Below are positions 46,142 to 56,351 of a DNA stretch of 64,000 nucleotides, piece after piece. The position numbers were made by a program, and so were the translations under genes. This DNA is from Eubacteriales bacterium. GTDB taxonomy: Bacteria; Bacillota; Clostridia; Acetivibrionales; JANLFN01. A model generated the notes under the pieces. That model ran no database searches. It worked only from the letters and a program-made list of their open reading frames with translations, and was not told the origin of the DNA. Location: positions 214,179 to 278,178 of the forward strand of contig JANLFN010000002.1 in NCBI GenBank assembly GCA_024655885.1, written 5' to 3'. Positions within the stretch are counted from its first letter, which is position 1. Every line of letters begins with the position of its first letter.

Positions 46142-47314
46142 TTACTCCACCGCTTTTATTTCATCGTCCTCTATGACCATGGCCTCGATATACCCGCCTT
46201 TTTTCACATCATACCTGATTCCTCTCCATGTCACAGAGGGCTTGTTGAAGGAGTAGAGGAGGTAAAAAGTGCCGAAAAGGTCAAAGAAAAGCGGCATTAC
46301 AAGGTCTACAGGCATAACCCTGTTCATTGTCACAAGCCTGTGGAAAATGCCGTGCAGGGTCCTGATTCCCATAAATAACAGGCTCAGGCACAATAAGCCG
46401 GTATTTTCCAGCAAAATTGCCAAAATAAAAAATATCCAGTACCAAAAAAGCATCAGCACAAAGGCAGGAAGCTCAAAGGCGATGTGGGTTTTAATCCCTA
46501 TGGCGATTCTTTTAGCGTAGTTTAACGACTTTTCTTTTGCCAGTTCATTGACATGGCACTCAAGGAAGGGTCCTAAAACCAGTTTATATCCCATTTTGTA
46601 AAGTGTATTCCCCAGGTGCAGATCCTCAAGCAGGCTGTTGCCATAAGCCTCCAGACCTCCAACCTTCTGGAGGACCTCCTTTCTCATGGCAAATGCGGCT
46701 CCCGTCATTCCTACATCCAAACCAAGTTTTGTAAAAAAAGCCCACATGAAATCGGTTTCACTGTTCTGCATAAAAGTAAAAAACCTGGTCCAGAAGCTTT
46801 TCCCTCCAATGTTGATCTGCCCGCAGGTCGTCAGGCCAACCTTTTCATCCTTCAGCGGCCTCACCATTTTCACAATAAAATCCGGTTTAATCCGGATATC
46901 GCTGTCCCCGAACATGACGATGTCATACCTGGCAAGCTTCAAACCATTGACCATGTTGGAGCTTTTCCCGTTTAACCCTTCGGTTACGGGATTGATAGTA
47001 ATTTCAATGTCCTTTTCCGGATACTTCCGCTTGAGGTTTTCTACCATTTCAATAGCCGGGTCGTGAGGATTCTGAAAACTGAATATATGCTGTACCGGTC
47101 CCGTATAATTCTGGTCCATCCAGGACTCCAAATTCTTATCCAGCTCAAAATCCAGATCCTTTATGGGATGGATAACACTTACACATACTTCCCTGTCGGT
47201 ATCGTCGGACTTTATCAGCGTATTTGTCCATCTTAAATGTATTTTTACAAAAATCAGCTGCGCCACCCAAAATGAACAAAACAGAAGTCCGAATAAAATT
47301 GTAAAATAAATCAT
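46142..47314 (-). CDS. family-2 glycosyltransferase (GT21/ceramide-glucosyltransferase-like), membrane-bound
   Basis: ORF 46142..47377. The probable start is ATG 47314 (MIYFTILFGLLF). It has the D.D motif (FGDSDI), the QxxRW-like region replaced by (Q)NSETDFMW, and C-terminal TM helices. Confidence 0.75.
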   Translation of the reverse strand: MIYFTILFGLLFCSFWVAQLIFVKIHLRWTNTLIKSDDTDREVCVSVIHPIKDLDFELDKNLESWMDQNYTGPVQHIFSFQNPHDPAIEMVENLKRKYPEKDIEITINPVTEGLNGKSSNMVNGLKLARYDIVMFGDSDIRIKPDFIVKMVRPLKDEKVGLTTCGQINIGGKSFWTRFFTFMQNSETDFMWAFFTKLGLDVGMTGAAFAMRKEVLQKVGGLEAYGNSLLEDLHLGNTLYKMGYKLVLGPFLECHVNELAKEKSLNYAKRIAIGIKTHIAFELPAFVLMLFWYWIFFILAILLENTGLLCLSLLFMGIRTLHGIFHRLVTMNRVMPVDLVMPLFFDLFGTFYLLYSFNKPSVTWRGIRYDVKKGGYIEAMVIEDDEIKAVE

Positions 47315-47610
47315 ACACACTTCTCCCAAAAAAGTTTTCAAGCACATTATTGCCCTTTCACACTCAATAATAAACATCCGGCGCTTAATTAATTATTATA
47401 TAATGGAATGCCATCATATACAACATAAGGTTTTCTATTTAAAAATATGGAAGATGAAATCTTGACCAGAAAAAACTGTTTACTTGAATTTTATGGTCAT
47501 ATACGCAATAATTCGCTTTTATTATTCTCCTTTTTGGTGTAAAATACCCCTGTAGAGCTTTGACCCGGTACCCGCCAAATGTTTGTAATAGAATTCAAGA
47601 GGGTGGAAAT

Positions 47611-47763
47611 ATGGCAGCCGTAATATTAGCTTTGTGTGGCATTGTTTTGTTCCTGTCCGCCACATACTTCGTCGTTAAGTCGGCCATCAACAACTCGGAG
47701 CTCCTTAAGGAAATCAAGGTATTGCTGATGGACAGCCAGAACAGCGGCAACAAAAGGTATTGA
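47611..47763 (+). CDS. 50-aa single-pass membrane protein (hypothetical)
   Basis: ATG 47611 has GAGGGTGG 4 nt upstream. The sequence is MAAVILALCGIVLFLSATYFVVKSAINNSELLKEIKVLLMDSQNSGNKRY. Confidence 0.5.
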   Translation: MAAVILALCGIVLFLSATYFVVKSAINNSELLKEIKVLLMDSQNSGNKRY

Positions 47764-47809
47764 GGGAGGATGCCTCCCTCAAATACGGAAGAAGCCTTGC
47801 GGCTTCTTC
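47762..47809. terminator. two adjacent perfect hairpins between convergent genes
   Basis: The hairpins are GAGGGAGG-atg-CCTCCCTC (8 bp) and GAAGAAGCC-ttgc-GGCTTCTTC (9 bp). Confidence 0.6.
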
Positions 47810-47812
47810 TGT

Positions 47813-48055
47813 CTACAGCACATTGTAACCGGATTGCTGGATGGTTTTTCTAATATCCTCATACCTGGTCTTATTGGACTCAAAATCCACAAATATCTGC
47901 TTTGAGTCCAGGTTTATGTCCACATCCACCACGCCGTTAAGGCCCAGAAGCTGTTTTTCAAGTTCTGCTGAGCATGACCCGCAGGTCAGACCTTCCACAT
48001 TGAACTTTGCCGATTTAAATTCCTTTTCACTTTTAGGACCTTGGCAACCTTCCAT
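47813..48055 (-). CDS. heavy-metal-associated (HMA) domain protein, CopZ-like
   Basis: ORF 47813..48064. ATG 48055 has AAGGAG 8 nt upstream. It has the metal-binding motif GLTCGSCS in a ferredoxin-like 70-aa domain. Confidence 0.75.
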   Translation of the reverse strand: MEGCQGPKSEKEFKSAKFNVEGLTCGSCSAELEKQLLGLNGVVDVDINLDSKQIFVDFESNKTRYEDIRKTIQQSGYNVL

Positions 48056-48289
48056 AATTCTCACTCCTTAATGATGATAATAATATATAGTTAATATACC
48101 CGCATTATTCCCATTAAACAAAAAAACCGGGCTAAAAAGCGGCTGTTTTAATATAATTAATATAAAAATCCACCGTAAACTCCAAAATTAAATAAAAACA
48201 TAACAGAAAAAATCAAATAAACCCATGCAGGTCACCTTATTTGCATGATAAAATAAGGTATCATCCGTATTAAAACAGGGGGCAGTTTT

Positions 48290-49288
48290 GTGAAAAAAAT
48301 ATTATTATTGTCAACAGGCGGCACCATCGCTTCGGTACAGGGGGAATCCGGCCTGGCTCCTACACTGACCGCCCGGGATATTTTAAACCTGACGCCGGAA
48401 TTAAGCGAATTGTGCGATATCGACTGCCAAACGGTTTTCAACCTGGACAGTTCCAATATACAGCCGGAGGAGTGGAGAATCATTGCACATCAGGTGTTTG
48501 AAGGACTTAAAAAATATGACGGTGTTGTGGTACTCCACGGCACAGACACCATGTCCTACACCGCATCCATGCTCTCGTTCATGCTGGTAAACCTGAACAA
48601 GCCGGTGGTACTTACCGGTTCGCAGCTGCCTGCGGTCCAACCTGATACCGATGCCAAAAGAAACCTGCTGTGCTCCTTTCTTGTGGTTACACAAAGCATA
48701 GCCGGTGTTTTTATCGTATTCGACGGCAAAATCATCCGTGGGGTTAGAGCCGTAAAAGTACGCACCACGAGTTTAAATGCGTTTGACAGTATCAACGCGC
48801 CTGCCGCAGGTTATGTGGAAAATGGGAAAATCCGCTTCAATGACCCGTGTCCTGCCGTTATGGACAAACCGTTGCTCCTGGACGACCGCTTTGACCCCGA
48901 CGTTTTCCTTCTCAAGCTTATTCCGGGAACACGCCTTGAATTTTTCGACTGCTTCATAAATATGGGCTACAAAGGCATTGTCATCGAAGGCTTCGGCATG
49001 GGAGGCCTGCATTTCATAAGAAGAAACCTTGTTGAGAAGCTGCGTCAGCTGATGGATGCAGGCATTGCCGTCGTGATCACCACCCAATGCCTTTATGAGA
49101 TATCGGATTTAACCGTTTATGAGGTTGGGCGTAAAGCAGCCCATGAAGGCATAATCCCAGGGTATGACATGACGTCCGAAGCCGCCGTAACCAAATTGAT
49201 GTGGGTGTTGGGACACACACAGGACTTGCGGGAAATCAAAAAAATGATGCTGACCAATTACTGTGGAGAAATAAGTATGCCGAAATAA
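48290..49288 (+). CDS. ansA: L-asparaginase, type I
   Basis: 332 aa with a GTG start. Motifs STGGTIAS and HGTDTM are present. Confidence 0.9.
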   Translation: MKKILLLSTGGTIASVQGESGLAPTLTARDILNLTPELSELCDIDCQTVFNLDSSNIQPEEWRIIAHQVFEGLKKYDGVVVLHGTDTMSYTASMLSFMLVNLNKPVVLTGSQLPAVQPDTDAKRNLLCSFLVVTQSIAGVFIVFDGKIIRGVRAVKVRTTSLNAFDSINAPAAGYVENGKIRFNDPCPAVMDKPLLLDDRFDPDVFLLKLIPGTRLEFFDCFINMGYKGIVIEGFGMGGLHFIRRNLVEKLRQLMDAGIAVVITTQCLYEISDLTVYEVGRKAAHEGIIPGYDMTSEAAVTKLMWVLGHTQDLREIKKMMLTNYCGEISMPK

Positions 49289-49299
49289 AGGGCCACCCC

Positions 49300-49329
49300 T
49301 CCGGAATAAGCTTTTAGCTAAATTCCGGA
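49300..49329. terminator. hairpin between convergent ansA and metA (TCCGGAAT / ATTCCGGA)
   Basis: An 8-bp stem with a 14-nt loop, read directly. Confidence 0.45.
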
Positions 49330-49358
49330 TCCGGCCAACAGCAGCAGCAAAATAGGCC

Positions 49359-50276
49359 TTACTTAATTTCATCAAGATTGTATGGGGTTTCCTGATATAC
49401 ATAATAGTTAAGCCAGTTGGAGAACAAGAGGTTTGCATGCCCTCTCCACTTTACAATGGGAGGGTTTGCCGGGTTGTCATCCGGGAAATAGTTTTTTGGA
49501 ACGGCAATGTCCAGTCCTTTCTCCACATCACGTTCATACTCATACTTCAGTGTCAGAGGGTCGTACTCCGAATGTCCCATGACAAAAATCTGACGCCCCT
49601 TCTTTGCGGCTACAATATAAATGCCTGATTCCTCGGATTCCGAAAGAATTTCAAGCTCCGGAACCTTTCTGATGTCTTCCCCTCTTACTTCGGTATGCCG
49701 CGAATGAGGAACATAAAAAATATCGTCAAATCCTCTCAAAAGCTTCACATTCTTTTTATTCAATGTGTGCGCAAAGACTCCGAACATCTTGGATGAAAGG
49801 GGATATTTGGGGATTCCGTAATGGTAGTAAAGGCCCGCCTGGGCACCCCAGCAAATATGAAGAGTGGAATATACGTTATGAAGGCTCCATTCCATAATTT
49901 CCTTCAATTCGTTCCAGTAAGTCACTTCCTCAAAGGGAAGGTGCTCGACAGGAGCACCTGTAATCACCATTCCGTCGAATTTCCGGTCCTTGATGTCGCT
50001 AAATGTATTGTAAAAATTAATCAAATGCTCCTCAGGAGTATTTTTGGACACATGGGTTTCGGGATGCAGGAGGACAATATCCACCTGGAGGGGGGAATTT
50101 CCTAGAAGGCGGAGCAGCTGGGTTTCCGTGGTAATTTTCGTAGGCATCAGGTTTAAAATAACAATGCTGAGGGGTCGGATGTCCTGGTGAAAAGCACGGT
50201 CCTCGGGCATAACAAATATATTTTCATTGTTAAGTATTTCTGCTGCAGGAAGATTATCGGGTATTTTTATAGGCAT
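49359..50276 (-). CDS. metA: homoserine O-acyltransferase MetA
   Basis: ORF 49359..50381. The start was moved to ATG 50276 ([23 protein letters not shown]...LNLMPTKI), the canonical MetA N-terminus. Confidence 0.9.
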   Translation of the reverse strand: MPIKIPDNLPAAEILNNENIFVMPEDRAFHQDIRPLSIVILNLMPTKITTETQLLRLLGNSPLQVDIVLLHPETHVSKNTPEEHLINFYNTFSDIKDRKFDGMVITGAPVEHLPFEEVTYWNELKEIMEWSLHNVYSTLHICWGAQAGLYYHYGIPKYPLSSKMFGVFAHTLNKKNVKLLRGFDDIFYVPHSRHTEVRGEDIRKVPELEILSESEESGIYIVAAKKGRQIFVMGHSEYDPLTLKYEYERDVEKGLDIAVPKNYFPDDNPANPPIVKWRGHANLLFSNWLNYYVYQETPYNLDEIK

Positions 50277-50402
50277 AGCAAATCCCTTTCCATAAATAAT
50301 GTGATAAATTCCGGATTTCCCATATTGGAAAATTGTATAATTGTGGATGCCAATTGCGGTCTGCAAGCGGCTGTTATGCAACTTTCCAATATAATTAAAC
50401 TA

Positions 50403-50431
50403 ATATTACAATATATATCCTGATCAGTCAA
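50403..50431 (-). promoter_or_regulatory. sigma-A-type promoter for metA (TTGACT - 17 nt - TAATAT)
   Basis: The -35 is at 50431-50426 and the -10 at 50408-50403 on the minus strand, giving a leader of about 120 nt. Confidence 0.5.
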
Positions 50432-50475
50432 TGAAAATCACAGGGCCGGAGCAATGAATGAAGCTCCGGCCCTGT
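50432..50475 (-). terminator. rho-independent terminator after the lipoprotein gene
   Basis: A 13-bp stem ACAGGGCCGGAGC / GCTCCGGCCCTGT is followed by GAUUUUCAUU on the minus-strand RNA. Confidence 0.7.
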
Positions 50476-50511
50476 TCCAGGATGCCAGGAAGATGCTGCA
50501 TGCTTAATTTT

Positions 50512-51450
50512 TTAGTTTTTACCCTGTCTTTTAAAATCCAGCTTGACTGCCGAAATATATCCAAGCAAAGCATTGGAATTCGTAACCGTGAGGCCGGCAT
50601 TTTTTTCTTCCACTGCTTTTCCAATGGCTCCCATCACAGAGTTAACCTTATCTGCATCGGCCTTGTATATTTTGTCTAATTTTGTTTCCAAGTTTCCCCA
50701 TGTGTTTTTAGCCTTTTCGTAATTGTTCTTGGCAGAGGTCCAGTCGCTTTCATTCACATTAATGTGAATTTCCCTGGACAAATAGCCCAGCCTGTTAATG
50801 TCGGTGGGGTAGGACAGGCCGTACAGGTCTTCAATGTCGGGAATATACCTTGTAATCTTATTGGCAAGCTCCTTTGATTCCTGCACCTTACCTGCAAAAA
50901 CAGCCGCTTCCAGATCATCCACCGTTTTCTCCACTTCGTCCCTCACACTCGCCGGGACAGAGGATGCTTCCAGCAAGGGCTTTACCTCTCTCCAGCCGCT
51001 TTTTACGGCCGTCAGCCTCTCCTGGGCCTTGTTCCAGTTCAATTTTATTATATCGAAAACCATCTCTGAGGAGTTATAATTCATCGTTTCTAATAGATCA
51101 ATGGGGTCCACATTCTTTGGGCTACCGCCCGTGGTGTTCCCCGGAGCCGTGGTTGATGGCTTCGCTGCTCCGGTATTTGCCGTACCGGGCTGGGCAGAGG
51201 CCGGCTGTCCGGGTGAAGACTGTGAAGTTGAAGCACGGGGCGCCGAAGTCTGTCCGGTGGACTCCTGCAAAGCAGTACCCTGGGCATTTTCCGTTTTTCC
51301 TGCTTGAGGTTCTGCAGCGGATGGTTGAGTTACAGCCTGTCCGGGTGCATCCGATTGGTTTGTGCCCGGCTTTTGTCCCAGACAGCCCGTTGACGATATT
51401 ATGAACGTTAACGACATTGCTATCAGAATGATTCTTCTTTTAACTAACAA
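50512..51450 (-). CDS. lipoprotein with a low-complexity P/A/S/T/Q linker and a helical C-terminal domain
   Basis: TTG start at 51450 with AGGAGG 8 nt upstream. The lipobox is ISSTGC. An approximately 100-aa linker is followed by about 190 aa containing two W...A......W motifs reminiscent of DUF4363. Confidence 0.7.
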   Translation of the reverse strand: MLVKRRIILIAMSLTFIISSTGCLGQKPGTNQSDAPGQAVTQPSAAEPQAGKTENAQGTALQESTGQTSAPRASTSQSSPGQPASAQPGTANTGAAKPSTTAPGNTTGGSPKNVDPIDLLETMNYNSSEMVFDIIKLNWNKAQERLTAVKSGWREVKPLLEASSVPASVRDEVEKTVDDLEAAVFAGKVQESKELANKITRYIPDIEDLYGLSYPTDINRLGYLSREIHINVNESDWTSAKNNYEKAKNTWGNLETKLDKIYKADADKVNSVMGAIGKAVEEKNAGLTVTNSNALLGYISAVKLDFKRQGKN

Positions 51451-51987
51451 GTTATCAACCTCCTAAAAGTAAATCATATGTATTATTACCATAATTTCTC
51501 ATGCCTATACGCACTTTCCTTCCGCCCGGGGGATATCAGGCGCTCAAACCGGGACTATGGAATTTAATATGGATTTATCTGGGTTTTTTATTCGATAATA
51601 TATATTCAAGAAGCAAAAAAACAGGAGATGGAGAAAATATGGGATGAAATAAATCACCCTGTGGATTTATGATAAAAAACAAAACAATACTAGCCAACAA
51701 AAATATCTCGTAACAGGTTGGCTAGTTATACAAAGAAGGGGTGTGTACTACTTACAGTTTTATGATACACCCATCGCCCTCCGTTTTCTTGTAAAATTTA
51801 TTTTCTAATTGTAAAACTTTATCATCTTTATTTATTCATATATTTCTCTCCCCAAAGTGCATACTTAACGTATATAAAATTATAATATAAAATAATTTTG
51901 TCACTAATCGAAATATTTTCTTTCACACTTTCATAACCGGTGACATATTGATATTATGTAATATTGATGTAGAAGCGGTAATAAGAC

Positions 51988-52245
51988 ATGCATAACTTTG
52001 ATAGAATACCACCCAATCAATTTGCGCTAGTAGCTGCTTTGCTTGGTATATTATTAAATCTCGAGTTGGATATAAATGAGCAAAATTCATTTGGAAATTT
52101 CTTAGTTTCCGTTGGGCAAACAATGTTAACGGCTGCGGCGCAAGCTCAGAATCAAACAGCTCATCCAACCAGGAGCAGTTTATGCCAGCGAATAGATCAG
52201 ATGCGTGCAGAGCTTGACATGCTTAAAAAGCAATTGAAAAGCTAA
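51988..52245 (+). CDS. hypothetical 85-aa protein
   Basis: An ORF in an AT-rich region with a weak RBS and one hydrophobic segment (FALVAALLGILLNL) plus a C-terminal coiled-coil-like tail. Coding status is uncertain. Confidence 0.4.
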   Translation: MHNFDRIPPNQFALVAALLGILLNLELDINEQNSFGNFLVSVGQTMLTAAAQAQNQTAHPTRSSLCQRIDQMRAELDMLKKQLKS

Positions 52246-52422
52246 TGCGATATATATATCTATGTCAACCAATGTAATGTATGACAAAGCCCTCATGGTT
52301 CTGTAACACATATTATTTAGGGTATGCAGATCGCAAAATCAAGGAGGTATTCTGTATCACTGCGTAAAAGCTATGAAGCGGCATCAAATAAAAAGGATAC
52401 AGAATAAAACGGAGGAATTTTT

Positions 52423-53650
52423 ATGTATTTTCAATATCAAAATCAAGCCACCTGCGGATATGTGCCACAGCCCATAAGGAATGGTGCCGGTGCCGCCGAC
52501 CCCCGGCCCACGCGATATTCTTCGGGACCTTGAAAGCCCTGACATGCTCGTTCCGCCTGCTACGGACGCCGGACTGCTCCCTAACCTGGAATTTTCCTTC
52601 TCCGACACCAGCATGGTATTGAGACCGGGAGGATGGTCCCGGGAGATCACCGCCAGGGAATTACCAGTTGCGACCACGATGGCAGGGGTCAATATACGTT
52701 TGACGCCCGGCGGTGTGCGTGAGGTTCACTGGCATATAGCCTCCGAATGGTCCTATATGCTGGTAGGGAGCGCACGCGTGACCGCGGTGGACCAGCGTGG
52801 ACGGAATTTCATTGCCGATATCGGGCCGGGTGATCTTTGGTACTTTCCCCGGCGCCTTCCCCATTCGATTCAGGGCCTTAAAGATGGCTGCGAATTTCTG
52901 CTCCTCTTCGATGACGGAAACTTTTCTGACCTTAATACCTTCTCCCTCTCCGATTTGTTTGCCCATTACCCTAAAGATGTGCTGGCAGCTAATTTTGGCG
53001 TGTCGGCCAGTAACTTTAACTGTCTTCCTTCAGGGCATCAGGGCACTGTCCCGGGTCCTCTGGAGAGTGAGGCGGTCCAATCCCCATACGGAACCGTTCC
53101 CCAAAGCTTCAGACACCGGCTATTGGCGCAAAAACCGGTAGTAACGCCTGTTGGGAGTGTGCGGATTGTGGACACCTCTAACTTTCCCGTTGCAAAAACC
53201 ACCGCAGCGGCGCTGGTTGAGATCAAACCCGGTGCCATGAGAGGAATTCATTGACATCCCAACAACGACGAGTTTCAATATTACATTACCGGGCAGGGAC
53301 GCATGACGGTATTTGGGGAAAACGGCAGAGCCCGTACCTTTAATTACCGAGCCGGCGATGTGGGTTATGTGCCCGTTGGCTATGTGCATTATGTTCAAAA
53401 TACCGGCAGTGAAACACTGTGGTTTTTAGATGCGTTCAAAAGCGATCGATTTGAGGACGTGTCGCTGAACCAAATGATGGCCGTTGCCCCTCCCGAGTTG
53501 ATTGCCAGTAATTTGCACGTCGGGCCGGAATTTTTGAATGCGCTGCGCAAGGTGAATTGTCCGGTCGTTCCATGTTCATCCTGTCCCAAGCTCGGGCAAA
53601 ACTTCAGCTCTCAAACTCAAAACCTTGTAAAAAAAGGTCTAACCCCTTGA
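52423..53650 (+). pseudogene. oxdC: oxalate decarboxylase (bicupin, OxdC/OxdD-like) disrupted by a frameshift and an in-frame TGA
   Basis: ATG 52423 (GGAGGA 6 nt upstream) gives [27 protein letters not shown]. The frame then shifts at the C5 run 52500-52504 into the 52481..53254 frame ([21 protein letters not shown]...[10 protein letters not shown]...). TGA at 53252-53254 replaces the Trp of the second-cupin HWH motif ([27 protein letters not shown]). The same frame continues to 53650. Confidence 0.75.
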
Positions 53651-54253
53651 TCTTAGTGGGCTAATTCCGAATAAACGCGAAAGCAGCGGCCTAAAGTTAA
53701 ATTATATTGATTGTCCGTTGACTTTCACCAGCGACAAAGTAAATATATTATAACGGAAATTCCAGTGGCGTAAATAATTTTGTCTTTTATCCTGGAGAAA
53801 ATATGAGCCTACCTGTACTTCTGTGGCCGTACATCGATTATATCCCACGATTTCATGGATTGTCTGCACTTGGTAATATTCCCATAAAGAATATCATTAT
53901 ATACAAAAACACTGGTACAGGATGCCGGAAATCTGTATCTAATAGGACAATAATGGGTTTTAACGCACAAGTGTACAATACAGGACATAACCACCGGTGA
54001 GTATTTATGTAAATCAAGTTGCTATGGTTTACATGAGAAAAGGACGAGAGCCTATATTTATATAGTTTGCATAAACTTGACTAAAGAGTGCATAAGATAT
54101 ATAATAAATTTGTATATACAACATCTATTGGCAAACTATCAACAATATTGTCTGACAGACCTAATTATAAAAACCATTTCAGTTTAAATATATTGAAATA
54201 AACTCTTTAAGAAAGGGGGGGCGTAGGGCGCCTTGCCCTATGCGCAACGAATT

Positions 54254-56197
54254 ATGGTTAAATATCCAAACCTGTTTTCCCCCATACAAGTGGGGAACAT
54301 CCTATTCCGCAACAGAATTTTCTTTTCTGCCACAGGACATCTGGATTTGAAGAAAGACAATACCCTGTCGGACGATGCTTTGCTTTATTATGAGAGGAGG
54401 GCTGTCGGCGGCGCCGCCCAGGTGTGTATCGGCTCATGTGAAGTGGACCCTGTCAGAGGGGCGCGCGGGGGGCCGTGTATCGATATGAGCGACTTTAATT
54501 CACTCCATTATCTCAGCAGGCTGGTCGACTATGTATCGCGCCACGGCTCGGTCGCGTCACCGGAGCTCTGTCATGCCGGAATGTACGCCAACAGTATGCC
54601 GGGCATGACTAACCCCATCTACGGCCCTTCCGACTGTGAGGTCGAAGGAAGAATTTGCCGTGCCATGCCCGAAAAAGTCATCGAGGAGACCATTGAAGCC
54701 TTCGCAAATGCTGCGTTTTTTGCCAAGATGTGCGGTTTTAAAATGGTAACCGTCCACGGCGGTCACGGCTGGCTTCTCCAGCAGTTCTTCAGCCCATATA
54801 CCAACAAGCGTACCGACAAATGGGGCGGCAGCGCGGAAAACCGCGCGCGTCTTGCCGTTGCGGTCTGCGACGCCATACATAGGAAATGCGGCAGCGGCTT
54901 CCCGGTGGAAATGCGCATCAGCGCTACGGAATTTGAGGATGGATATGACGTTGAAGAAGGTATTGAATATGCAAAACAGCTTGAAGGCCACGCCGACATC
55001 ATCCATGTATCGGTAGGCATCCACGGCAGCCTCATGGGAGACAGCTGGCTGAAGTTCTCCCCCACCATGTTCGCTGACGACGGGGTCAACGTCAAATTTG
55101 CGGCTGAAATCAAAAAACACGTAAAGACAACTCCCATCGTTGCCATCGGCGCGTTGACCGACCCTGCCATGATGGAAGAAATCATAGCCTCCGGGAAAGC
55201 CGACTTCGTCGCATTGGCGCGCGGCCTTCTGTGCGATCCCGACCTTCCCAACAAAGCGCGCGACGGAAGAGAGGACGAGATCAGAAAGTGTATACGCTGC
55301 ATGAGCTGCTGGTCCGGACTGATGAACGGTCAGATCTACTGCGCGCTCAATCCCGAAACCAGCCGCGAGCATGAAAGCAAATTCGGATTTCCGCCTGCCG
55401 AGAAGAAAACCGTGCTCGTCGCAGGAGGAGGAATCAGTGGTATGCAGGCGGCTCTTACCGCGTCGAACTGCGGACACAAGGTCATCCTGTGCGAAAAGAG
55501 CGGACATCTCGGCGGTAGAATAAGCTGCGAAGAAAACGTTCCGTTCAAAAAGCATGTCCGCGAATATATCCAACTGCAGGAAAGGCTGGTTTCCAGAGCG
55601 CCCATCGATCTCCGGCTCAACACCGAGGTCACTCCGGAGCTTGCGGAATCGCTCAGGCCCGATGTGATCATTGCCGCCCTCGGAGCGCGTCCCGCGGTAC
55701 CCAAAATCAAAGGTATCGACGGCCCGAATGTGATGGCGGCGGAAGAGGCGTACATCGATCCTGAAAAAGTCGGGAAGAAAGCCGTAATCCTCGGAGCCGG
55801 CCTTGTCGGCACCGAACTTGCCGTCTATCTTTCGATGCTCGGGCACGACGTCGAAATCGTTGAGATGCTCGGCCAGATCAACGCCGAAGGCAACATGACG
55901 CAAGGTATGGTTGTCGGCGGGCAGCTCAGGGACCGGGGCATCCGGGTCCGCTTCAACACAAAAGCGCTGGAAATCACAGACCAAGGCGTCGTATGTGAAG
56001 GCCCGGACGGTGAAAAGCTGTTGGAAGCCGACACCGTGATCTATGCCACCGGACAAAAGCCTCTTACGGACGAAGCCGTTGCGCTAAACCTATGCGCACC
56101 AAGGTTCTATATGATCGGCGACTGCCTGGGACCAAATAACATCATAAACGCGACCAAGACGGCATACACCATAGCAAAAGACATCGGCAGGCACTAA
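54254..56197 (+). CDS. OYE-like FMN / [4Fe-4S] / FAD-NAD(P) flavoprotein (2-enoate reductase / 2,4-dienoyl-CoA reductase / BaiH family)
   Basis: ORF 54233..56197. The family-typical N-terminus is MVKYPNLFSPIQVGN (ATG 54254). It has a TIM-barrel OYE region (VHGGHGWLLQQFFSP), a Cys motif CIRCMSCWSG...C, and Rossmann motifs VLVAGGGISGMQAA and AVILGAGLVGTELA. There is no convincing RBS. Confidence 0.85.
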   Translation: MVKYPNLFSPIQVGNILFRNRIFFSATGHLDLKKDNTLSDDALLYYERRAVGGAAQVCIGSCEVDPVRGARGGPCIDMSDFNSLHYLSRLVDYVSRHGSVASPELCHAGMYANSMPGMTNPIYGPSDCEVEGRICRAMPEKVIEETIEAFANAAFFAKMCGFKMVTVHGGHGWLLQQFFSPYTNKRTDKWGGSAENRARLAVAVCDAIHRKCGSGFPVEMRISATEFEDGYDVEEGIEYAKQLEGHADIIHVSVGIHGSLMGDSWLKFSPTMFADDGVNVKFAAEIKKHVKTTPIVAIGALTDPAMMEEIIASGKADFVALARGLLCDPDLPNKARDGREDEIRKCIRCMSCWSGLMNGQIYCALNPETSREHESKFGFPPAEKKTVLVAGGGISGMQAALTASNCGHKVILCEKSGHLGGRISCEENVPFKKHVREYIQLQERLVSRAPIDLRLNTEVTPELAESLRPDVIIAALGARPAVPKIKGIDGPNVMAAEEAYIDPEKVGKKAVILGAGLVGTELAVYLSMLGHDVEIVEMLGQINAEGNMTQGMVVGGQLRDRGIRVRFNTKALEITDQGVVCEGPDGEKLLEADTVIYATGQKPLTDEAVALNLCAPRFYMIGDCLGPNNIINATKTAYTIAKDIGRH

Positions 56198-56351
56198 AAA
56201 ACGAGGGCTGCGGCAAAACGCACGGACCAGGCAATGCTATTAACCGGAAGCAAGAGCAAGAACAATACCTGGCATTCTTTTAAGGAGAACCGATTTAAAA
56301 TGGGAAGCTGTTTTTTCATTTTTGAGAACACAACAAATTGCTGCTTACTGT

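Noticed and set aside
50277-50431. SAM-I (S-box) riboswitch upstream of metA
   Set aside because: No S-box core motifs and no terminator are present. It is reported instead as an unassigned helix.
53252-53254. The in-frame TGA in the oxalate decarboxylase gene as selenocysteine or Trp recoding
   Set aside because: The homologous position is an invariant Trp, not Cys/Sec. No SECIS-like hairpin follows. TGA is used as an ordinary stop elsewhere in the window (for example at 47761-63). A second lesion (the frameshift) also supports pseudogenisation.
54557-56056. 499-aa minus-strand ORF (plus 179- and 158-aa ones) inside the flavoprotein gene
   Set aside because: It is antisense to a gene with clear OYE/FeS/FAD motifs. 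Long open antisense frames are expected in GC-rich coding DNA. The product is Arg/Ala/Gly-rich with no motifs and no RBS.
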